The translations under genes were made by a program, and so were the position numbers. Below the pieces are notes generated by a model. It did no database searches. It was not told the DNA's origin and was given only the letters and a program-made list of their open reading frames with translations. This document shows positions 39,528-47,393 of a stretch of DNA of 64,000 bases, in pieces (within the stretch, counting starts at the first letter, position 1; every line of letters begins with the position of its first letter). Origin of the DNA: Candidatus Pacebacteria bacterium RIFOXYA1_FULL_38_18 (GTDB taxonomy: Bacteria; Patescibacteriota; Microgenomatia; UBA1400; PJMF01); the NCBI GenBank assembly GCA_001787405.1, contig MFWV01000011.1:48857-112856 (forward strand), read 5' to 3'.

Positions 39528-40544
39528 TTATTCACAAGTACTTGGTGTATAAGGTTCCCAATCACAGATAGTAGTGTTTGATGAGTTTGTATAACAAACA
39601 GCACATTGCACTGCATAACTTCCAGCTAGTTCAATGTCGTAACTTATTCCCCAGCTATTTGATATAAGTTGCAAAGGCGAATCGTGGTGATTACTGCCAC
39701 ATGGTTCCCATATTTTGAATGAATAGAAGTATTCATCATTATCTATGGGAGTAGTAGCCGAACAAACAAAATTAACAGTAGTTTCACCGGGTATAAAGCC
39801 AGCATCGTCTTCACCATTCAACGCAATATTTGTTCCACTAGTAGGATCTAACATTGTTATACTATGACATTGTGGACCGACGGGTGATGTAGGTGTGGGA
39901 GTAGATGTAGGTGTGGGAGTTGGTGTAACGGAAGGAGTTGGTGTTGGGGTTGGCGTGTTGTCGCAGGTAGAATCATATTCACAGGTACTATAACGAATTT
40001 TCTGCACTTGATAAGTGCCATTGGCCCCAGTGCAAAAATTACCATCTTTCATACAATCGAAAATCCAAATCTGGCACCTATCTGTTCCTACACATCTTGT
40101 GTCTACACAATGATCTGCATATTCGCTACAACCAGAAGGACAACTACTCACAATATCATCCTCAAATTGTGGTCTATGATAGCAAGCATTATTGTTTACG
40201 CTACCACCTGAAGGATAACTAGTTGGAGTGGGAGTGGGTTCTTCTCCTGCTTTAATAGGAGTGGGAGTGGGTTCTTCTCCTGCTTTAATAGGAGTGGGAG
40301 TCGGTTCTTCTCCTGCTTTGGTAGGAGTTGGAGTGGGAGTGGGTTCTTCTCCTGCTTTATAAGCCTGCTGGCGAACGTCCTGACTTTGTTTGGTTAAAAA
40401 TAAACCTACGGCCGCTCCTATAAGGAGCACTAATAAAACTATACCACCCATCCAGAGTGACAATGTTTTTTTTTGGGGACTAGAAAATTTACTAAAGTCT
40501 TTATTTGGTTGTGGACTGATAAAACTAGAATTATTTTCTGACAC
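39528..40544 (-). CDS. Membrane-anchored surface protein with 4 KAGEEPTP repeats and two Cys-rich domains
   Basis: TM helix then SQDVRQQAYKAGE; PT linkers; first Cys-rich domain has 10 Cys. Confidence 0.78.
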   Translation of the reverse strand: MSENNSSFISPQPNKDFSKFSSPQKKTLSLWMGGIVLLVLLIGAAVGLFLTKQSQDVRQQAYKAGEEPTPTPTPTKAGEEPTPTPIKAGEEPTPTPIKAGEEPTPTPTSYPSGGSVNNNACYHRPQFEDDIVSSCPSGCSEYADHCVDTRCVGTDRCQIWIFDCMKDGNFCTGANGTYQVQKIRYSTCEYDSTCDNTPTPTPTPSVTPTPTPTSTPTPTSPVGPQCHSITMLDPTSGTNIALNGEDDAGFIPGETTVNFVCSATTPIDNDEYFYSFKIWEPCGSNHHDSPLQLISNSWGISYDIELAGSYAVQCAVCYTNSSNTTICDWEPYTPSTCE

Positions 40545-40606
40545 AGTGTTAATAATTCTTCGCTTTATTTCAAAACCATTTTTATATAAGTGAAGAATCT
40601 TTCTCC

Positions 40607-40636
40607 AGTATATAGAACTTTTTAGGTAAAGGTCAA
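40607..40636 (-). promoter_or_regulatory. Sigma70-type promoter of the 39528-40544 gene
   Basis: TTGACC-18 nt-TATACT on the minus strand. Confidence 0.6.
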
Positions 40637-40680
40637 CTAAGAACGCTTGGGAATTTTTTTATTTTAATTGATGAGTAATT

Positions 40681-41589
40681 TTAAATGAAGAGCAGTAACA
40701 AAGCTCCAATTCCCAACATGCCCAAGCCAATTTGCAAGTATTTTAGCCAATCTTCTGGTCCGGTTTCAGGCAAAGTGCTGGGAAGAGTGGGCTGATCATC
40801 CTGATAGCCAGTGGTACCAGTGGTGGTACCAGTAGTCGTAGTTTCAGTATAGGCGAGAGTATCGGTATTTTCATCAGTCTCATCAGTTCTAGTATAGGCA
40901 AGAGTATCGGTATTTTCATCAGTGTCATCAGTGGTGCTAGTTGGAGTGGGAGGAGTTGGGGTAACAGTCGTTGTAGTAGTGGTGCTAGTTGGAGTGGGAG
41001 GAGTTGGGGTAACAGTCGTTGTAGTAGTGGTGCTAGTTGGAGTGGGAGGAGTTGGGGTGATAGTAGTTCCGCTAGTTGGAGTGGGAGTTGAGATGACAGT
41101 AGTTCCACTAGTGGGAGTGGGAATCGGTTCCTCTCCCGCTTTGGTAGGGTCTTCTCCTGCTTTAATAGGAGTGGGAGTCGGTTCCTCTCCTGCTTTGGTA
41201 GGGTCTTCTCCTGCTTTGGTAGGGTCTTCTCCTGCTTTAATAGGAGTGGGAGTCGGTTCCTCTCCCGCTTTGGTAGGGTCTTCTCCTGCTTTATAAGCCT
41301 GCTGGCGAACGTCCTGACTGATTTGAGTAAGATATAAACCAGCTCCACCACCTATGATGATAATCAATAATCCTATCAAGGCAATGATAGTGTTTTTTGA
41401 CAATTTACCCTTTTTCTTTGGTGGTTGAGTTGAAGAGGGGGTAGCAGTTTCTGATTTATTTGGAACTTTTTCCTCGTTCTTTGTTTGTGCGCTAGTTGGC
41501 TCGCTTATATTTTCCTTTGGAAGATCAGTCGGCAACTCTGGAGGCAAAGAATCTGTAGGCTGGGGTGTAGAACCAATAACGTTGATCAT
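40681..41589 (-). CDS. Mucin-like surface protein with 7 KAGE(D/E)P repeats and C-terminal LPETG plus hydrophobic tail
   Basis: TM helix, SQDVRQQAYKAGE, Thr/Pro tandem repeats, LPETGPEDWLKYLQIGLGMLGIGALLLFI. Confidence 0.8.
   Translation of the reverse strand: MINVIGSTPQPTDSLPPELPTDLPKENISEPTSAQTKNEEKVPNKSETATPSSTQPPKKKGKLSKNTIIALIGLLIIIIGGGAGLYLTQISQDVRQQAYKAGEDPTKAGEEPTPTPIKAGEDPTKAGEDPTKAGEEPTPTPIKAGEDPTKAGEEPIPTPTSGTTVISTPTPTSGTTITPTPPTPTSTTTTTTVTPTPPTPTSTTTTTTVTPTPPTPTSTTDDTDENTDTLAYTRTDETDENTDTLAYTETTTTGTTTGTTGYQDDQPTLPSTLPETGPEDWLKYLQIGLGMLGIGALLLLFI
40847..41292 (-). repeat. Coding tandem repeats (21/33-bp KAGE units, 48-bp Thr/Pro units, 45-bp-spaced TDENTDTLAYT units)
   Basis: Near-identical DNA copies, e.g. 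GTAGGGTCTTCTCCTGCTTT and GTGGTGCTAGTTGGAGTGGGAGGAGTTGGGGT. Confidence 0.9.
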
Positions 41590-41644
41590 AAAAATGAAAT
41601 TAAGATTTATTAAATAAATAATATCTATTGCTGGTAAGCATAGA

Positions 41645-42757
41645 TTATGAACTAGAGAGGTGTAAAGAAGAAGTTATGGTTTGATATTTATTTCTGATAT
41701 TTATGAATATTGCTGCGAAAAAAAATGCCATAATCCGCGGTCTTATGAGGCGAACCAAAGAAGAATCATTTTTAATAATTAATTTGAGAATATTTAGTCT
41801 GATAAGAATTTTTTTAATTTTTGGTTCATATTTTTTAAGATGCCAAAACTTCAAAGGAGGAAACTCAGCGAACCACTCGATTGGCAATAAATGAGCCAAT
41901 ATGAGAATTTTCCAAGATGTATTTTTACTAATAAAACTTGGAGTTGAGTATCTAAAGAAACAATTGCTCAAAATTATCATCAACCAGGCCTCATTTTGAA
42001 ACTGATATTGTTTTGCTAATTGTAAAAAATTAGACCATTGACTTGGTTTTTTATAGGTTTGAGTTAATTTTCCGATTTCATAAAGCGTGCCCAGACCCGT
42101 TGCTAAATCATTGAATAAAAAACGAATGCACAAAGACAGTAATTGATAGTTTTTATTTTGAATGTGGTGATTGTGTTTTGTGTTGTTCAATAGTGCTGTG
42201 GAAAATTTCCGCACAATTAGGATCTCTTGCGCATTGAGAGTGCCAAAATGTGGATGTGCAATCATGCTATGAATATCAAGATTTAAATAACGAGCCTTAG
42301 AATAAGTAATTTCTTTGGGCGGATAAATGGTTTTTTTATAACCCTGATTGGTTAACCATTGATCAATAATCATCATGCCCTGCTTGTTGGTAAGCAAATC
42401 AAGATCATTAGTAAGAAATAATTGCTGATTTAGTTTGTTTTTAAAATCCTTAAAAAAAATACCTTTTATTTTTGTTTTCTCCAAAAAAGAAATTAGACGT
42501 TGTTTTTCTTTTTCATATAACAAGCTGGAAAAAATGCTATTTTTTTGATGTTTGATTAGTTTGTTTTTAAAAGATTTATTCAAATGTTTTTGACAATTTT
42601 GACAGTTTGTAAAGTGATCTAAGGCATGGAAAACTTTATTAAACATTGCTTTTTCATAGAGTTTGCTAGTGCTTTTTTTAACTAAATTGATTGGAGGACA
42701 AACAGAGGAATTGTTTTGCAATAAAAAAACCAAGATTTCTATATCGGCATTTAACAT
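41645..42757 (-). CDS. Nucleotidyltransferase family protein (NTP_transf_5-like, divergent)
   Basis: IFFKDF...LTNDLDLL (DxD), GY, NLDIH pattern of the family found in lasso/HprK-related clusters. Confidence 0.65.
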   Translation of the reverse strand: MLNADIEILVFLLQNNSSVCPPINLVKKSTSKLYEKAMFNKVFHALDHFTNCQNCQKHLNKSFKNKLIKHQKNSIFSSLLYEKEKQRLISFLEKTKIKGIFFKDFKNKLNQQLFLTNDLDLLTNKQGMMIIDQWLTNQGYKKTIYPPKEITYSKARYLNLDIHSMIAHPHFGTLNAQEILIVRKFSTALLNNTKHNHHIQNKNYQLLSLCIRFLFNDLATGLGTLYEIGKLTQTYKKPSQWSNFLQLAKQYQFQNEAWLMIILSNCFFRYSTPSFISKNTSWKILILAHLLPIEWFAEFPPLKFWHLKKYEPKIKKILIRLNILKLIIKNDSSLVRLIRPRIMAFFFAAIFINIRNKYQTITSSLHLSSS

Positions 42758-42763
42758 AGAGTG

Positions 42764-42771
42764 ATTATAAT
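42764..42771. promoter_or_regulatory. Palindromic bidirectional -10 element
   Basis: ATTATAAT gives TATAAT on both strands, 6 nt from the minus-strand ATG (42757) and 7 nt from the plus-strand ATG (42779). Confidence 0.6.
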
Positions 42772-42778
42772 CGTTGTT

Positions 42779-43702
42779 ATGATATCTGTTTTGATTGCTA
42801 CTAAAGAACGGCCAGATTCATTACTTGTGTGTCTTCAATCAATTGTCTCCAATCAATTCACTCAGTACGAAGTGATTGTTATTGATCAGAGCAATGTTGT
42901 CAGTGCGCTAATCAAACAATATCTTAAAAAGCATCATCGCATACATTTTTATCATCTGCCAAATAGGGGTAGGGAGAGGGGCAAAAGTTATGCCCTACAA
43001 CAAGGATTGATGAAAGCAAAAGGAGAAATCATTGCTTTTACAGACGATGACTGCATAGTGGATAAAAAATGGTTAAAGATTCTTTGGCAAGGTTTTGCCC
43101 AAAACAAATGTGATGGTCTATTTGGTCAGGTTTTACCATATCAGCCAGCTCAACATGCTGATGAAACTTGCCCCTGTACAATGCGTTTTGCAAAAAAAGA
43201 ATTTGTTCGTCAACCGCGCTACCATGTTTCCATTGGTTACGGCAATAACATGGCTTTTAGAAAGCAAGCTCTTGATGAGATTGGTTCACCAAAAACCTGG
43301 CTCGGTCCCGGATCAATTGGTTCGAATGCGGAAGATGCGGAGCTTACCCTACGGGCATTATTTGCCAAAAAAATTATTTTGAGATATCCAAAATCTATTG
43401 TTTATCACAATCGTTGGTTGAATGCTCAAGAAATGAAAGAACAGCAACTCTCTTACACTCAAGGAGAAGCGGCTTGTTATGGCTATTTTTCCTTTCTTGG
43501 ATCAAATTTTTGCAAACAAATATTAATTAGAGGAATCAAAGCCAATCTTCAGAATTTAAAACGCAATCTATTGTCAGTTTTTAGTTTTAACAAAGGTAAG
43601 CGGACGCGAAACAACGTTTATTGGAATTTTCGATCATTACTAGCTAGTGCACGAGGATTGAGTGTAGGATTTTGGTTTTTTTTAACAGAGTCTTTAAAAT
43701 AG
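42779..43702 (+). CDS. Glycosyltransferase family 2
   Basis: ISVLIATKER, VIVIDQS, AFTDDDC, GNNMAFRK, AED. Confidence 0.92.
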   Translation: MISVLIATKERPDSLLVCLQSIVSNQFTQYEVIVIDQSNVVSALIKQYLKKHHRIHFYHLPNRGRERGKSYALQQGLMKAKGEIIAFTDDDCIVDKKWLKILWQGFAQNKCDGLFGQVLPYQPAQHADETCPCTMRFAKKEFVRQPRYHVSIGYGNNMAFRKQALDEIGSPKTWLGPGSIGSNAEDAELTLRALFAKKIILRYPKSIVYHNRWLNAQEMKEQQLSYTQGEAACYGYFSFLGSNFCKQILIRGIKANLQNLKRNLLSVFSFNKGKRTRNNVYWNFRSLLASARGLSVGFWFFLTESLK

Positions 43703-43715
43703 TTTGATTAAAATT

Positions 43716-44699
43716 ATGTCAATATCAGCTTCAATTATTATTCCAACCAAAGAGAGATTTGAAACTCTCCAGCATTGTTTATTGGCTACAATTAAACAAT
43801 TATCCAAAGAGGACGAAGTAATGGTGGTAGAAAATGGTCAAGCTTATCAAAAAACTAAACACTTAATTAATATTTTAGCCAAAAATCACCAAATAAGTTA
43901 TGTTCATGAATCACGACTTGGACCAGCTTTTGCTCGCAATAAAGGAATTAGTTTGGCTCGCAATGAAATCTTGATTTTTTTGGATGATGATTGTGTGCCT
44001 GGTCCGGGCTGGTTGAAAGCAATTAAAAAGCGTCATGAAAATGAAAAAAAACACCAGCAAACAGTGGTTTTTCAGGGAAAAATTAATTATGTTTATAAAA
44101 AATCGAATGCATTTGTTGAGTTATTTCATTTAAGAAATCGGATGGATTGGCAAGTAATTCGGAAAACTCCGGGATGGAAAATGGGGAAATTCATAAATTT
44201 TTTAAATGCTGGAATTTTTTCTGTTCGAAGGTCGGTTTTAGTTAAAAATAAGATTAAATTTAATGAACTTTTTTTTCCTTTTGTTGGTGAAGAGAGAGAT
44301 CTGACAGCGCAATTACATTTGCATGGTATTTCCATTGTTTATGCATCGGAAATACAAGTAACACATTACAAAGATAGAGGAAGCGTAGTGAATTCATTAA
44401 AAAGATCTTTTCAGGCGGGATTGGCACAAGAAATACTGAACGTTTTATATAAAACCAATCAATCAACAAAATCTTTGTTTAAGAAATCTTTTCGAAAAGA
44501 AAAAAATGGAATAATCGCTGAATTGTTAAAACAATTTAATCAGCAGTCACTATTTACCATTACAGGTATGATCATTACTTATTTGCGATTGAGTATGTTG
44601 GTCCTGGGAAGAGTTTATGGCAAATTTTGGTGTCTGTTGCAAAAAAACAAGCTTTATGAACATAGAAAAAAGCTATTTTTATCAATCACTAAGAACTAA
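43716..44699 (+). CDS. Glycosyltransferase family 2
   Basis: SIIIPTKER, GPAFARNKG, FLDDDC, GEERDL. Confidence 0.9.
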   Translation: MSISASIIIPTKERFETLQHCLLATIKQLSKEDEVMVVENGQAYQKTKHLINILAKNHQISYVHESRLGPAFARNKGISLARNEILIFLDDDCVPGPGWLKAIKKRHENEKKHQQTVVFQGKINYVYKKSNAFVELFHLRNRMDWQVIRKTPGWKMGKFINFLNAGIFSVRRSVLVKNKIKFNELFFPFVGEERDLTAQLHLHGISIVYASEIQVTHYKDRGSVVNSLKRSFQAGLAQEILNVLYKTNQSTKSLFKKSFRKEKNGIIAELLKQFNQQSLFTITGMIITYLRLSMLVLGRVYGKFWCLLQKNKLYEHRKKLFLSITKN

Positions 44700-45162
44700 T
44701 AAGCTTGCGATATAGATGTTTTAAAAAAGGATATTTATAAAGATTTTTTATTTTTAATAAATTTGGAAAATGGTGATTCAGTCGTGAATACCAAGTCAGA
44801 ATAAAAACAAAAAACCGCGAGCGATTATTTTCCAAAAAGATAGTATGCGAAGGATATATGATTTTTATAGCTTTTCCCATGAGTTTTTTAATATCAACCT
44901 GGTTATCATAATCTAATTTATTATCGCCCTTGGTAATAACATATTTTTTTTTAATAGCCATTAAGCGATGAAGAATTATTTGATTGTTTTTTTTAAAAGC
45001 TACAATATCGCCAACCGTATATTCTTGAGAATAATTAAGTTTTAAAACAACTTTTGCACCATGTTTAATTAAGGGTTCCATGCTATAACCCTTGCTAGTG
45101 GTTTGTATAATAAGCGAATGTTTATTAGTAATGAATTGAGTAATTAATGAAACATTTTTCAT
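44689..45162 (-). CDS. S24/S26-family (signal peptidase I-like) peptidase lacking an obvious N-terminal TM anchor
   Basis: GYSMEPLIKHG (catalytic Ser), GDIVAF, ILHRL (His), ITKGDN; start placed at MKNVS. Confidence 0.85.
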   Translation of the reverse strand: MKNVSLITQFITNKHSLIIQTTSKGYSMEPLIKHGAKVVLKLNYSQEYTVGDIVAFKKNNQIILHRLMAIKKKYVITKGDNKLDYDNQVDIKKLMGKAIKIIYPSHTIFLENNRSRFFVFILTWYSRLNHHFPNLLKIKNLYKYPFLKHLYRKLISS

Positions 45163-46334
45163 TGTCATTGTGCATTGCTGATTTGATGATTTTACTATAC
45201 ACGAACACAAATCAAGAGCATGATTTTTTGGCAAACAAATATGAGGACTATATAGTAACGGACAGTCAAGAAAAAACTGCAGTAGTATCTATTGCTTGCG
45301 GTTTTGAACATCGTGAGAAAGAAATTCCCAGCTTTGTTTTTAAAGAAAGTGTAATAGAGAGGTTTGGTTTATTTAGTGAGTTTTTCCGCAAAATATTAAT
45401 GGGAGTATTAAATACTCATGATGGAGCTTTATTGCATGCCAGTTCTATTGTTTATAAAAATCAGGGCTTTATTTTTATTGGTCATGAAGGAGCAGGCAAA
45501 ACAACTATTCGCAAATTACTAAATAACTACGTTTCTTTGGGCGATGATACAGCTATTATACGAATTAGAGGGGAAAAGACTTATCTATATGGTTCTCCAC
45601 TTTATCAACGAACTAAGCGTTCTTATCCGAATAAACGAGTTTTGATCTGTGGTATTTTTTCTTTAAAACAAGCAAAATATGCTCTAATTAATGATCTTGA
45701 TCTCAATCAGCAAGTGAAAGCGCTGTCGTCAAATGTTTTTTTATCTGGCTTAAAAGAATTTAACAATGAAAATAGAAAATTAAGTTTGACATTATTTACT
45801 TTGGGACAGCAACAACTTGTTCATAATTTATCTTTTGCCAAAACATCCCCAGTATCAAAAGTACTAAAAATATTTGCTCAAAAACCCTGGCAAAAAAAAT
45901 CAATCAAGAACCTATTGGTTCAAGCCAGCACTGTCTTTGTTCAAGAACTCCAAGATCATGTTGTTTGGTCGAAGGGTGTTGCCGATCGCGACTTTTTAAC
46001 TCAATGTTTGATAATTAATGAACATAGTTGGATTTTTGAATTCGGTTCACAGCGAATTTTGAAAGTAATAGCAGATAAAATTATTGGAAATCAAGAAGAG
46101 GCTTATCATCATTCTCTTGTGTTTAAAAAAATTAAACAATTCAAAGAAATCAAGGTTTTGCCTACGATAGTTGTTGTTCGAAAAGAAAATAATTTTGTAA
46201 TTATTGATGGCAATCATCGGGCATTGGCTTGGTATTTGCATAATAAAAATAATTTAACTGGAGAAATTTTGGTGTTAGTAGGAGATTTAAAAAATAATTT
46301 TAAAGAAAATAGTAAAATTTTTGCTTATTTATAA
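45147..46334 (+). CDS. HprK-related P-loop kinase fused to a C-terminal ParB/Srx-like domain
   Basis: LLHASSI, FIGHEGAGKTT, LGDD, LYGSP; C-terminal PTIVVV...FVIIDGNHRALA. Confidence 0.78.
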   Translation: MKHFSLSLCIADLMILLYTNTNQEHDFLANKYEDYIVTDSQEKTAVVSIACGFEHREKEIPSFVFKESVIERFGLFSEFFRKILMGVLNTHDGALLHASSIVYKNQGFIFIGHEGAGKTTIRKLLNNYVSLGDDTAIIRIRGEKTYLYGSPLYQRTKRSYPNKRVLICGIFSLKQAKYALINDLDLNQQVKALSSNVFLSGLKEFNNENRKLSLTLFTLGQQQLVHNLSFAKTSPVSKVLKIFAQKPWQKKSIKNLLVQASTVFVQELQDHVVWSKGVADRDFLTQCLIINEHSWIFEFGSQRILKVIADKIIGNQEEAYHHSLVFKKIKQFKEIKVLPTIVVVRKENNFVIIDGNHRALAWYLHNKNNLTGEILVLVGDLKNNFKENSKIFAYL

Positions 46335-46347
46335 TTTTTGATTTTTT

Positions 46348-46915
46348 ATAAAACTAATTAAGGTTGAACAATTATTTTCAAAAACTACCGAACAACGTCG
46401 ATTGTTGGGAGTTTGGGCACATCCAGATGACGAATCACTCAATATAGAAGAAATTTTGGCTCTAGCAAACAAAGCTAAAATAAATACGCAAATAATTTGT
46501 CTTATGGAGAAATGGGCTTATCTCAAAATAGTGCCTTAGGGACTCGAGGGCGAGATGGGAAATCTGGCAAGAAAGCGATCGGTCGTGGAAGCTTTATTTT
46601 AGCGTTCTGGAACAGGACATAAAACGTCTTTATAAACATTCCAGAAAACTAACGATTTGGAAAAATATGCTAAAAGCAGATTTTCAAATAAGTATTACCA
46701 AAACAACTGATCAAAAAATAACGGCCTGTTTAGCTCACGTCAGCCAGTTGTCAGTTCTCAACAAACCAATCCCATTAAAAATAATTTTTAAAATGTTTGA
46801 TAATGAGTATTTACATCTAGTAACTGCACAAAACAAATATAATTTTCAATTTGTGAATTTTTTCACTCAAAGGTATAATTATCGTGTCAAAAACAAAACC
46901 GAAGGCTTTTCATAA
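46348..46915 (+). pseudogene. Degraded PIG-L family deacetylase
   Basis: RLLGVWAHPDDES (AHPDDE at 46417-46434) in a frame with no ATG; frameshift near 46504 before GEMG; C-terminal KITACLAHVSQ in the 46667-46915 ORF; central HxDH region absent. Confidence 0.75.
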
Positions 46916-46931
46916 TAAAAAGGAATATTTT

Positions 46932-47216
46932 ATGGCTAAAAAATTTGACGATAATACTATGATAAAAAGAATGCAGGGCATTGTTTATAAAGAAGTTGAA
47001 GGGGTGTTTTATATTTTGAACTATCAAACAGTAACATTGCACACACTCAATGAAACAGCTAGCTTTGTCTGGAAAGAATTGGCCAAACCCAAAACTATTA
47101 AACAATTAACTGAAACGATCGTTGATAATTTTTCAACAACGAAAACTCAAGCAAAACAAGATCTTGAAAAATTCATTATCAAGTATAAAAAACTTGGCTT
47201 TCTTGAACTGATATAG
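46932..47216 (+). CDS. PqqD-family protein / RiPP recognition element (stand-alone)
   Basis: 94 aa; YILN...LHTLNETASFVWKEL..PKTIKQL...IVDNF.....AKQDLEKFI..YKKLGFL; AAGGA RBS. Confidence 0.9.
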   Translation: MAKKFDDNTMIKRMQGIVYKEVEGVFYILNYQTVTLHTLNETASFVWKELAKPKTIKQLTETIVDNFSTTKTQAKQDLEKFIIKYKKLGFLELI

Positions 47217-47242
47217 TTATCAAATAAAAATTAAAAAATTAT

Positions 47243-47341
47243 TTACTGGTATGATTCCAGAGTAAAAACATCTATTTCAATTTTTTCAACTTTTTCCGCT
47301 GGAGCCTTGTAGGCTTTTTTGGTTTTTTGGTTTTTGTTCAT
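47243..47341 (-). CDS. 32-aa candidate RiPP precursor peptide MNKNQKTKKAYKAPAEKVEKIEIDVFTLESYQ
   Basis: AGGAG RBS 5 nt before ATG; KKxYxxP leader motif; convergent with the PqqD gene. Confidence 0.62.
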   Translation of the reverse strand: MNKNQKTKKAYKAPAEKVEKIEIDVFTLESYQ

Positions 47342-47393
47342 AAAATCTCCTATTTTTATTTGGTATTTTATTACTTGATAAAGTATTTCATTT

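Noticed and set aside
40220-41292. Repeat arrays resembling a CRISPR
   Set aside because: Units are in-frame multiples of 3 without unique spacers; no cas genes in the window
40743-41351. Alternative-frame 202-aa ORF and antisense 124-aa ORF with repeats
   Set aside because: Shadows of the Pro/Thr coding repeats in 40681-41589
47300-47315. AYKA shared between the precursor (AYKAP) and surface proteins (AYKAG)
   Set aside because: Only four residues, different codons, and the surface proteins lack the key Pro; likely coincidence
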